The notes: a model not told the origin generated them from the sequence alone. A stretch of 64,000 bases of DNA from an uncultured Bacteriovoracaceae bacterium (GCA_937952285.1 CALFZE010000130.1:18282-82281), one strand, 5' to 3'. Shown: positions 9,553 through 18,232, counted from the first letter of the stretch. Numbers and translations are program-made.

Positions 9553-10553
9553 GTCGCGCCCAGCGGAATCGTCGCGAGGATCTTGTCGTCGACGGGCTGG
9601 GCCGTGAGCGATTGCGCTTTCTGGCGCTCCGCCTCGGCGAGCAGGGTCGAAAGGTAGCGTTCCGTGTAGCTCGGCAAGATCGCGACGATCGTCTTGCCCT
9701 TCATTTCGGGGCGACGGGCGAGCTCGCGCGCGGCGAAGAGGGCCGCGCCCGTCGAGATACCGGCGGGGAGACCTTCCGTGCGGAGGACTTCCTTCGCCGT
9801 GGCGAGGGCCTGCTCGGAACTGACCGAGAGAACGCCGTCCACGACCGAGCGATCGAAGTTCTTCGGCACGAAGCCCGCGCCGATGCCTTGGATCTTATGC
9901 GGTGCGGGCTTGCCGCCCGCGAGCACGGGGGATTCCGTCGGCTCGACCGCCCAGACCTGAATCCCCGCCCGCCGCGCCTTGAAGACGCGGCCGCAGCCCG
10001 TGATCGTGCCGCCCGTGCCGACGCCCGCGACGAAGGCGTCGAAGTCGCCGCCCGTCTCGTTCCAGATCTCCTCGGCCGTCGTGCGCACGTGCACCTCGGG
10101 GTTCGAGGCGTTCTCGAACTGCGAAGGCTGGAAGGCCGATGCGTCGGCGCGCGCGATCTCGAGGGACTTGGCGATGGCCCCGCGCATGCCGAGCGGCCCC
10201 GGCGTCAGCACGAGCTCCGCGCCGAGGAGCAGCAGCAGCGTGCGCCGCTCGAGGCTCGCCGTCTCGGGCATCGTGAGCGTGAGGCGATAGCCCTTGGCCG
10301 CGCACACGAAAGCGAGCGCGATCCCCGTGTTGCCGCTCGTCGGCTCAACGACGTGGGCGCCGGGCTTGAGACGCCCCGCCCGTTCCGCGTCTTCGATCAT
10401 CGCGAGGCCGATGCGGTCCTTGACCGAACCGAGGGGGTTGAAGAACTCGGCCTTGCCGAGGATCGTCGCGCCCGTGTCGCGCCCGAAGTGCTGAAAGCGA
10501 ACGAGGGGAGTCTTGCCGATGAGACCGAGGATCGTCGGGATTTCCGTCTTCAT
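9549..10553 (-). CDS. cysK: Cysteine synthase A (O-acetylserine sulfhydrylase, PLP-dependent)
   Basis: 334 aa with the PLP lysine motif (GSVKDR), the SGNTG loop, a GxGTGGT glycine-rich loop, and a typical CysK N-terminus (GKTPLVRF). Confidence 0.9.
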   Translation of the reverse strand: MKTEIPTILGLIGKTPLVRFQHFGRDTGATILGKAEFFNPLGSVKDRIGLAMIEDAERAGRLKPGAHVVEPTSGNTGIALAFVCAAKGYRLTLTMPETASLERRTLLLLLGAELVLTPGPLGMRGAIAKSLEIARADASAFQPSQFENASNPEVHVRTTAEEIWNETGGDFDAFVAGVGTGGTITGCGRVFKARRAGIQVWAVEPTESPVLAGGKPAPHKIQGIGAGFVPKNFDRSVVDGVLSVSSEQALATAKEVLRTEGLPAGISTGAALFAARELARRPEMKGKTIVAILPSYTERYLSTLLAEAERQKAQSLTAQPVDDKILATIPLGAT

Positions 10554-10600
10554 GGCGCTAAATTAGCGCATCCCGCGACGATCGCCCGCCCCAATCCGCG

Positions 10601-12667
10601 TCAATCTTCCGTGGCCTTCCAAGTTTCGAGCGCCTTAAGGGCGTGCTCGCGGCAAAGCGCGATCTCCTGGTCCGTGATGAGTCCGTTGTGGCCCCGGATC
10701 GCGGCGAGCTTCGCCCCGTGTTTCTTGGCGATGTCGTAGATCTCGATGACCTTGCGGTGGTTGATGTTCTTCGACAGCGTGAAGGATTCGAAGCGTCCGT
10801 CGAGGGCGAGCAAGGCCGTCTCGGCCAGGCAGGCGTAGACGGCGTCGTCGGGCGTGCCGATGTCGCAGTCCAGCTTGACGTCGCCGGGCAACTCGATTTC
10901 GCCCGACTCCACGACGAGCACGTCGGGCCGCTTGACGGCGTCCTCCTCGCTCACGTCGAGGGGTCGACTGACGTCGCAGATCACGCAACCCGGTTTCACC
11001 GCCATGATGTCGAGGACCTTCTTGTCGTAGGAGCTCGTCGAAGTCACGATGAGGTCGCAGCTGCGGGCCGCGGCGTTGGGGCTCGTGACGAGCGTGACTT
11101 TGCAGCGGGGGACGAGCTCCTGGATCTCGGAACGGATTTCGAGCAGCTTGTCCGCGCGGCGCCCCACGAGCACGAGCTCCTCGAAGACGTAGGCGAGGAC
11201 CTTGGCGCAAGCGCCGCCGATCGAGCCCGTCGCGCCGATGATCATCGCCTTGCCGCGCACCTTCGACCCGAGCTTGAACGACGGCAGGAAGCCGAGCTTC
11301 GCGCAGGCGTCGCGCGCCGCCCACAGCGTGGCGGAGGCCGAGAGACTGTTGCCCGTCGTGAGCGGGATCGGGCTGCGCTTGGCCACGGTGATGCCGCCGT
11401 CGCCCACGATCTTGGTGTAGGCGCCGAGGCCGATGATGTCGGCGCCGCGCTCGGAGGCCTTCACGCAGACCTTCGTGAGCACGTCGTACATCTTCTCGGG
11501 CGCTTCCTTCATCATGACCCGCGGCGTCTGGTAGACGATGAAAAAATCACCTTCGACTTCCTGGCCCGTCGCCTCGCTCCGCACGCCCGTGATCTTGCCG
11601 TAGAAACCCGGCGGGATCTTGCCCATGGCCGTCTCGATCTCGGACCCGAAGTTCTCGGCCATCCCCTTGAACGGCTTCAGGAAGGGAATACGGAAGAGCT
11701 GGCGGTAGCTGAGCGGGTGGATGACGAAGGCAAAGCGGCGCGCCTGCGGCTTCGCGGCGCCGTCGATCGCGATCTGGGGCTTGAGCCCGAAGCGGTCCAC
11801 GAACTCGAGGATGTCGTCTTCGCGCAAGGGTTCCCGTTCGGGTTTGAGGCACTGCAGGAGCCCTTCGATGATTCCGAACGAGAAGCGTTCCTGATCGCCT
11901 TCCATCGGGAGGCGCGGGGCGAAACTCACGACGCGCTGGACGCCGGCCTCGTGCAGCCCCTTGAGCACCCCGGGCGTGACGTAGTCGACGAGCAGGGTCT
12001 TGCCCTTGAGGTGATCGAAGCGGAAGCGCTCGAGGAGCGTCATCCGCGTCACGAAGATGTCGCACTTCTCGAAGTCGCCCAGGCCGATCCCGAGCAGGCT
12101 CTTGCGGGTGTGCCGCGGACGGATGTGGCGACCCAGGGGGATGAAGCGCGCGAAGGGCGTGACCCGGCGCAGATAGCTCTCGAGGCCGGGCAAGCTACGG
12201 ATCTCGGTCTTCGCGCCGACGTGCAGGTAGGGATCCAGGAAGACCATGCGCTCGGTCTGCTCGGAGAGCATTTGGGCGAGCCCCATCTCTAGCGCGCCCG
12301 AGTAGAAGCCGATGCGCTTCTTGCGGAAGAAAGCGGGGTCCTTGCGGATGAGCTCGCGCACCGCCCAGGGCAAGTAGGCCGAACGCAGGAGATCTCCCGT
12401 CACGACGATCGAGTGCCGCACGGAATCGAGGAGCGCCTGGGACTCGGGGTGGATCATGCGGCGCGACCCGATGCGCGTGCCGTGCTGGATGCCCTGCAAG
12501 CCGATGACGTCGGCCTTGCCGTCGAACTCGGCGATGAGGCTCCGCATGACGTCGATGTCGAAGTCGCAGCCGAAGTGGCTGACGTGGATGGATTCCCCCT
12601 CGAGCTTGACGTCGGCCTCGAAGTTCGAGGCGCTCGAAGTGAAGGAGATGTTCACGAGGCGTTTCAT
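10601..12667 (-). CDS. Two-domain protein: N-terminal ~340-aa uncharacterised domain fused to a C-terminal acyl-ACP-reductase (AAR)-like NAD(P)-binding domain
   Basis: The last 688 codons of the 1130-aa track ORF; the ATG at 12667-12665 was verified. The C-terminal domain aligns block by block with cyanobacterial AAR (TTGNSLSASATLWAARDAC, IIGATGSIGGACAKVL, CVICDVSRP, ACLAETALLALDGRF). The N-terminal half has no match I recognise. Confidence 0.7.
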   Translation of the reverse strand: MKRLVNISFTSSASNFEADVKLEGESIHVSHFGCDFDIDVMRSLIAEFDGKADVIGLQGIQHGTRIGSRRMIHPESQALLDSVRHSIVVTGDLLRSAYLPWAVRELIRKDPAFFRKKRIGFYSGALEMGLAQMLSEQTERMVFLDPYLHVGAKTEIRSLPGLESYLRRVTPFARFIPLGRHIRPRHTRKSLLGIGLGDFEKCDIFVTRMTLLERFRFDHLKGKTLLVDYVTPGVLKGLHEAGVQRVVSFAPRLPMEGDQERFSFGIIEGLLQCLKPEREPLREDDILEFVDRFGLKPQIAIDGAAKPQARRFAFVIHPLSYRQLFRIPFLKPFKGMAENFGSEIETAMGKIPPGFYGKITGVRSEATGQEVEGDFFIVYQTPRVMMKEAPEKMYDVLTKVCVKASERGADIIGLGAYTKIVGDGGITVAKRSPIPLTTGNSLSASATLWAARDACAKLGFLPSFKLGSKVRGKAMIIGATGSIGGACAKVLAYVFEELVLVGRRADKLLEIRSEIQELVPRCKVTLVTSPNAAARSCDLIVTSTSSYDKKVLDIMAVKPGCVICDVSRPLDVSEEDAVKRPDVLVVESGEIELPGDVKLDCDIGTPDDAVYACLAETALLALDGRFESFTLSKNINHRKVIEIYDIAKKHGAKLAAIRGHNGLITDQEIALCREHALKALETWKATED

Positions 12668-13725
12668 GCGCCACCCCCGGCGATCGTATCGAACTCGTCG
12701 CTTCTCACGAAACGATAGAAAGCTTCGGCGTAGTCGCCGAAAAGCGGAAGGGAAAGGTCGGGATAGTCCTCGCGCAGCGAGTGGTTCGCGAACTGCGCCT
12801 CGGAGTAGAGGTAGTGCTGGAGCGAAGCGGGGATGCCCAGGCGAGGCAGGAGCGCCGGCGGCACGACGCCGCGAGGGAGCGGCACGAGACGCGTGCGGTG
12901 CCCCAGCTCCTGGAAGGAACGCTCCAAGAACTCCGCCATCGGAAAGGCGGGACCGGAAAGGTGGTAGGTCCGCCAACGCCCTTCGAAGAAGGCCGGCTGC
13001 CGGGCGATGCGGGCAAGGACCGCGGCCACGGCGTCCACCGGCACGATGTGCAGGGGCGCCCCCGGATGGAAGGGCAGAGGCGTACGGCCGAAAACGGAGA
13101 GCGCGCGCCAAAGCGGCGCGTGGCGCTTCAGGCTCCGCAGCAAGTAGTAGGGTCCGTCGATCTTGTCGGTGCGGCCCGTGGCGGCGTCGCCGACCAGGAT
13201 GCCCAACCGGCAGACGTACTTGCGGACCTCGGTCTTCCAGGCGCCGACGAGGCCTTCGACGCGGAACTTCGTCGAGGCGTAGGGATTCGGGAAACCCTGC
13301 CCCACGTTGAACATGTTCTCGTGGAAGATCCCCCGGAAGTCCCCCGCCACGGCGATCGTGCTCGTCGACACGAAAGTCTCGAGCGAGGTGAGGCGATCGC
13401 AAAGGCCCAAGAGATTCTGCGTGCCCACGACGTTGTGGAGGTAGTTCTGCGAAGCGCCGATGCGCAGGTCGTAGCTGGCCGCCATGTGCAGGACGCCGCG
13501 AACCTCGGAGGCGAGCTCGTCGATGTGGTCCCGCTCGGTCAGCACGCCGAAGTCGCGCAGGTCGCCCGCGAGCAGCCGCACGTCCTTGCGATCGCCGTAG
13601 AGACGGCGCGCCTGCGCCATCGAGGCCGGGCGAACGACGAGGTAAAGGAGCCCCGGGTAACCTTCGAGGGATTCGAGGACGCGACGGCCCAGGAAGCCGC
13701 TCGCGCCGGTGATCAAGAGACTCAT
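12664..13725 (-). CDS. NAD-dependent reductase of the thioester-reductase / fatty-acyl-reductase (NAD_binding_4, extended SDR) type
   Basis: Starts MSLLITGASGFLGRRVLE (TGxxGFLG) and carries the YASTK catalytic dyad. A GGGGAAG RBS lies upstream. Its stop overlaps the downstream ATG as ATGA. Confidence 0.8.
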   Translation of the reverse strand: MSLLITGASGFLGRRVLESLEGYPGLLYLVVRPASMAQARRLYGDRKDVRLLAGDLRDFGVLTERDHIDELASEVRGVLHMAASYDLRIGASQNYLHNVVGTQNLLGLCDRLTSLETFVSTSTIAVAGDFRGIFHENMFNVGQGFPNPYASTKFRVEGLVGAWKTEVRKYVCRLGILVGDAATGRTDKIDGPYYLLRSLKRHAPLWRALSVFGRTPLPFHPGAPLHIVPVDAVAAVLARIARQPAFFEGRWRTYHLSGPAFPMAEFLERSFQELGHRTRLVPLPRGVVPPALLPRLGIPASLQHYLYSEAQFANHSLREDYPDLSLPLFGDYAEAFYRFVRSDEFDTIAGGGA

Positions 13726-14651
13726 AGTGCTTCCCCCAAAGGACTGAAGAGGCGGAGGCCTTTCGGCATGATCTCGATGTCGAAGCTCGAAGCTTCGCAA
13801 AGGAACTCGCCGTCGCCGAAGAACGGCAAGGTCTGGCCGTCGAGCACGTCGATGCGCACCCGGCGCGCTTCCGCCGTGAAGAACTCGGGATCGTTGCGCG
13901 GGTCGCGTCCGCGGCGGATGTCGAGGAGCCCCTTGAGGAATCCCAGGCGGTGGCGATGCCCGAAGCCTGCCACGTTGAAGGTTCCGTCGTCATTGCGCGT
14001 GCTCGGCGCGATCGCGAAGTTTCCGCCCAGCACGGGCTGGTTGTTGATCATGAGGATGGGCGTGCGGATCTCCGAGACGACGCCGTCGACGTCGATCCGG
14101 AACGGAATGCCCCGGCCGCCCGGGCCGAGCAGCTTAAGCACGACGCCCGCGGAATAGATGTTCGGGCCGGTCAGCTTCATGAAACGCTTGAAAAGGGGGG
14201 CCTGCGCGCGCCACTCGTTCACCTGGAGCGCGACCGAGGCGCCGAGCCCCAACCCGCCGTTCGTCGCCATGTAACGGCCGTTGATGCGGATAAGGTCGAT
14301 GCAACGCTCGTTGGAACGGCGCACGGCCTCGACGGCCCGCTCGATGCGACGGTCCAAGCCGATCTCGCGGGCGAGGTCGTTGGCCGTGCCGGCCGGCACG
14401 AGCAGCAAGGCAACGTTGGATCCCGCGAGGTCTTGGATGAGCGTGTTCGCCGTCCCGTCGCCACCGACCGCGACGATGGCGTCCACGCGGTCGCTCACGG
14501 CGCGCAGCAGCTCCTCGTGCAGGCGATCGAGCCCGTCCGGCGAAACGAATTCGAGCTCGCTGCGGAAGAGCTTACGCTTGAGCCCTTCCACGAGTTCGAC
14601 GCTTTCGCCCGACGAGGCGCGCGGATTCAGGAAAATTCTAATCTTCTGCAT
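13722..14651 (-). CDS. Lipid kinase of the diacylglycerol-kinase catalytic-domain family (YegS/DgkB-like)
   Basis: 309 aa with the AIVAVGGDGTANTL motif and a YegS-type C-terminal domain. Its stop overlaps the SDR ATG (ATGA). Confidence 0.8.
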   Translation of the reverse strand: MQKIRIFLNPRASSGESVELVEGLKRKLFRSELEFVSPDGLDRLHEELLRAVSDRVDAIVAVGGDGTANTLIQDLAGSNVALLLVPAGTANDLAREIGLDRRIERAVEAVRRSNERCIDLIRINGRYMATNGGLGLGASVALQVNEWRAQAPLFKRFMKLTGPNIYSAGVVLKLLGPGGRGIPFRIDVDGVVSEIRTPILMINNQPVLGGNFAIAPSTRNDDGTFNVAGFGHRHRLGFLKGLLDIRRGRDPRNDPEFFTAEARRVRIDVLDGQTLPFFGDGEFLCEASSFDIEIMPKGLRLFSPLGEAL

Positions 14652-14755
14652 AGGGAGCCCTCTCCCTCTTCGGAGAAAACGCTCCCTCGCACAAGCCCGG
14701 CGGGGCCGGCGTCAAACTCTCAACGCCGCCGAAGCGCCGCGGCGCACCGGAACAC

Positions 14756-15150
14756 CTACTTCGGGGCGCGCAAACGCAGGCTCAGATTGATCGCGAGCTT
14801 CCGCAGGATCTGGATGTGGGCCTCGGGGTTGCGTCCCACGAAGTCGTTCATACGGGCGTGGGGGATCAGGAGGACCTTGGCATCATTGCCCGCCACGGTC
14901 GTCGCGCTGGCCGGCTGTCCGTCGAGCCACGACATCTCGCCCAGCATGTCGCCCGATTGGAGGCGAAAACCCGAGGGCTGAACGACGACCTCGCCCTCCA
15001 TCACGATGCAGATGGCGTCGTTGCGACGCCCTGCCTCGGTGAGGTGCGTTCCCGTCGGGAGCTTGGCGATCGAGGAAAGCGAAAGCAGCTCCGTGCTCTC
15101 GTCCGGCGTCAGTTCGTTCAGGAGCCAAGTCTGCAGCAGCAACTGTCTCA
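14756..15150 (-). CDS. Stand-alone cyclic-nucleotide-binding (cNMP) domain protein
   Basis: The C-terminal 131 codons of the track ORF form a CAP-effector-like beta-roll (IVMEGEVVV...GDMLGEMSWLDGQPASATTVAGNDAKVLLI). A GTG at 15150 is preceded by GGAAGGGGGA. The upstream part of the track ORF looks like antisense junk. Confidence 0.5.
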
Positions 15151-15244
15151 CGGTGTCATATCCCCCTTCCCAGGATAATCGAATCGTCCCGACTGCGATA
15201 CGGGTCGCTGGCGTCCGGAGCGGAAGGGACGCATACTTAGAGCC

Positions 15245-16051
15245 ATGAAAACGCACCGCCTGCCCGTTTTGGCCCTCTTCGCGCTCACCCTGAACGGCCC
15301 GGCCTTGGCGCAGAAGGCGCCGAGCGCCGACGAGATCATGCAGAAGAGCGAAAGCGCGCGCCGCATTCCGCAGCTCAAGGCGGAGGGTCTCCTCGCCACG
15401 AGCGGCGACGGTGCCCCTTCCGACAAGACCTTCCTGTTCTCCCGCAAGCTGACCTCGGACGGCACGCGTTTCCGCACGCTCACCCGTTTCAAGACGCCGG
15501 CCACGGTCCGCGACCAGGCCATCCTCTTCCTCGAACGCGACAGCGACTCGAGCGACATCTTCATGTACCTGCCCAACTTCAAGAAGACCCGCCGGGTCGA
15601 GTCCCACGCCCAGAGCGGAAGCTTCATGGGCACGGCCTTCAGCTATTCCGACATCGCGAATCCCCACGCCGAGGACTACACGCACAAGCTGCTCAAGTCC
15701 GAGAAGTGCCCCGGCGGCGCGAACAACTGCTTCGTCGTCGAGTCGACCCCCCGCACCGCGGGCGTGAAGGAACGCACCGGCTACTCGAAGTCCGTCCAGT
15801 GGATCGATTCCGTGAGCTACCTTCCCGTCAAGGGCGAGTTCTACGACGCCAAGACCCAGAAGCTCCGCAAGCAGATGGTGTCGAGCGACATCCAAGCCGT
15901 CGGCGCGAAGAAGGCCCACTACCTCGCCCACCGCTCCGAGATCACGGATCTCACGAACGGCCGCAAGAGCCGCCTCGTGTTCTCGAAAGTCAACGTCGAC
16001 GAGAATCTCCGCGATAACCTCTTCACCCAGGCCGCCCTCGAGTCGCCCTGA
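15245..16051 (+). CDS. Periplasmic LolA-like protein (outer-membrane lipoprotein-sorting-protein family)
   Basis: Signal peptide followed by a 268-aa domain with the layout of LolA-like proteins. It is paralogous to the ORF at 40888-41670. Confidence 0.65.
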   Translation: MKTHRLPVLALFALTLNGPALAQKAPSADEIMQKSESARRIPQLKAEGLLATSGDGAPSDKTFLFSRKLTSDGTRFRTLTRFKTPATVRDQAILFLERDSDSSDIFMYLPNFKKTRRVESHAQSGSFMGTAFSYSDIANPHAEDYTHKLLKSEKCPGGANNCFVVESTPRTAGVKERTGYSKSVQWIDSVSYLPVKGEFYDAKTQKLRKQMVSSDIQAVGAKKAHYLAHRSEITDLTNGRKSRLVFSKVNVDENLRDNLFTQAALESP

Positions 16052-16071
16052 GCGGATCCGCGAAGCGTCCG

Positions 16072-17358
16072 ATGCCGAAGCACGCCCCGTCTCGACGCCT
16101 CGCCCTCCTCGGCCTGGCGTGCGGCCTGGGCGTCGGCGCGCACGCGGCCGAGGTCGCGGGGCGCCTGCTCAGCGCGACCCACTTCGCCGTCGACCCCGGC
16201 GCGCGACGGCCGCTTCTGCAGAACACGCAGCTGGGCTTTCTGCGCGTCCGCGAGAGTTTCGACGAAGGCCCGCGCTTCGAGGGGAGCGTGCGGCTCGTCG
16301 CGGAACCCCGCGGGCTCGACGCCACCGGCAAGACCTTCGAAGCGGACTTTCACGAATTCTACCTCAACCTCCGGCGCGGCGACTGGGATGTTTCGCTCGG
16401 ACGGCGCATCCGCAGCTGGGGCATCGCGGACGGCGTGAACCCGACGCGTTTCTTCGGCGCGAAGGACCACACGCTTCTCCTGTCGAACGAAACCGACAAG
16501 GAGCTCCCGCTCACCCAGCTCATCGTGAACTGGACGCCCGACGGCGGCGCTTGGACTTGGGGCCTCGTTTTCCTGCCGACCTTCGTGCCCGACAAATTCT
16601 ACGTCCCGCCGGAGAGCCTGCCGACGGGCGTCGCCTTCAACGACACCGCTCAGTTTCGCGGCGAGGGATGGGGCGGCGGCGGCGGGCTGCGCCTCGCGTA
16701 CGTCGGCGACGGTTTCGACTTCGCGCTCGTCGGCTTCGCCGGCTTCGACCCGCGTCCCGAGTACGAAGTCCGCGTCGTGAAGGTCCTGCCCGAGCTCGTG
16801 ACGCTTTACCGCAAGCAGGTCGGCGCCGGTCTCGAGGCCTCGACCTCGACGGGCCCCTGGATCTTCCGCCTGGAGGGATCCTTCCGCCACTTCGTTTCGG
16901 AGTGGGATCGCGATCCCTACCTCCTACAACGGACCGAAGGCGTCGTGGGAGTCGAACGCTCGCTCGGCGACAGCTGGCGGATCAACGCGCAGGCGATCGG
17001 CCACCACTCCTCGACCTCGATCGCTTCGGGGAGCTTTCCCCTGACGGCCGAGACCGCCGGGCTCTACGCGGTCGTCCGACTGAACGAGCGGGTCTACCGT
17101 TCGCGAAGGTCGGCGGAAGCCGGCGCGACCTTCCGTCTCGCCTACGATTCCGAAACGAATCCCTTCACGGCGGAAGTTTTCGGCGTGACCTACTTCGCCG
17201 ACCTGGACTGGCTCGGACGAGGCGCTTTGGGATGGAAAGCGCGCGACGGACTCAAGCTAAGTCTCGGCGTCGACTACTACTCGGGGGACGACGAGACGCT
17301 CTTCGGCAGCCTCCACGACCTCTCGGCCGCTTGGTTCGAAGCCGCTTTCGACTTTTAG
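16072..17358 (+). CDS. Outer-membrane beta-barrel protein (partner of the LolA-like protein; DUF1302-like)
   Basis: Signal peptide, amphipathic beta-strands and a C-terminal Phe. The motif GRRIRSWGIADGVNPTRFF is shared with its paralog at 41673-42944. Confidence 0.6.
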   Translation: MPKHAPSRRLALLGLACGLGVGAHAAEVAGRLLSATHFAVDPGARRPLLQNTQLGFLRVRESFDEGPRFEGSVRLVAEPRGLDATGKTFEADFHEFYLNLRRGDWDVSLGRRIRSWGIADGVNPTRFFGAKDHTLLLSNETDKELPLTQLIVNWTPDGGAWTWGLVFLPTFVPDKFYVPPESLPTGVAFNDTAQFRGEGWGGGGGLRLAYVGDGFDFALVGFAGFDPRPEYEVRVVKVLPELVTLYRKQVGAGLEASTSTGPWIFRLEGSFRHFVSEWDRDPYLLQRTEGVVGVERSLGDSWRINAQAIGHHSSTSIASGSFPLTAETAGLYAVVRLNERVYRSRRSAEAGATFRLAYDSETNPFTAEVFGVTYFADLDWLGRGALGWKARDGLKLSLGVDYYSGDDETLFGSLHDLSAAWFEAAFDF

Positions 17359-17374
17359 CTGCTAGAATGAGGGC

Positions 17375-18232
17375 ATGATCCAAATCCACGAGTTCGTCGG
17401 CGAAGAGAGCGGAACGCACCTGCTTATCTTGGGCGGGATCCACGGCAACGAAGTCTGCGGGCCCCGCGCGCTGAGCAAACTCGTCGACGAACTTCGGGGC
17501 GGAAAGCGCACGCTCGCGAAGGGACGCCTGACCATCGTTCCCGTCTGCAACCCCCGGGCCCACGCCGCCAACGTGCGCTTCATCGAAGAGAACCTGAACC
17601 GCGTGTTCGAGCCGAGCGACGCGCCGAAGTCCTACGAACGCCGTCTCGCCCAAAGCCTCGCGCCGCTCGTGGCCCGCTGCGACGCGCTGCTCGACCTGCA
17701 CAGCATGCAATCCAAGGGCGAAGCGTTTTCCGTGCTGAACCAGGATCGGCCGGGCTCGGCGTCGCTTTGCCGCGCGCTGGGCACGCGCTGGATGCTTTCG
17801 GGATGGCCCGAGGTCTACCGCGACCACGCCGACAAGGACAGCTGCTGCACGCAGAGTCTGGCCGACCGCCACGACAAAGCGAGCGCGCTCATCGAATGCG
17901 GACAGCACGGCAGCGTCGAAGCCGATCGCGTCGCCGAAATCGCGATCGAGCGCGCCCTCGCGCATTTCGGCCTGGGCGGGCTTGCGGCGGGTCACGTCGC
18001 GAACCTCGAGCCCCGGCGCGTTCATTTGCGCTCCGTGCATTTCCGCGAATCCGACGGCGACCGGCTCCTGAAGGACTTCGAGAACTTCGAAAGCCTGCGC
18101 CAAGGCGATCCCATCGTAAAGCGCGCCGATGGCCGCGTGGAGCACGCCCCCGAAGACGGGGTCATCGTTTTTCCGAGCCCCCATTCGGCGATCGGCACGG
18201 AGCTCTATTACCTTGGCAAGCTCCAAGGATAG
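17375..18232 (+). CDS. Succinylglutamate desuccinylase / aspartoacylase family (M14-like Zn hydrolase)
   Basis: 285 aa with the LILGGIHGNEVCG zinc-ligand motif typical of the AstE/AspA family. Confidence 0.75.
   Translation: MIQIHEFVGEESGTHLLILGGIHGNEVCGPRALSKLVDELRGGKRTLAKGRLTIVPVCNPRAHAANVRFIEENLNRVFEPSDAPKSYERRLAQSLAPLVARCDALLDLHSMQSKGEAFSVLNQDRPGSASLCRALGTRWMLSGWPEVYRDHADKDSCCTQSLADRHDKASALIECGQHGSVEADRVAEIAIERALAHFGLGGLAAGHVANLEPRRVHLRSVHFRESDGDRLLKDFENFESLRQGDPIVKRADGRVEHAPEDGVIVFPSPHSAIGTELYYLGKLQG

Noticed and set aside
10601-13993. The 1130-aa track ORF.
   Set aside because: Only the last 688 codons (from the ATG at 12667) form the real gene. The upstream 440 codons are an out-of-frame read-through across the SDR gene (12664-13725), which has its own verified start, RBS and motifs.
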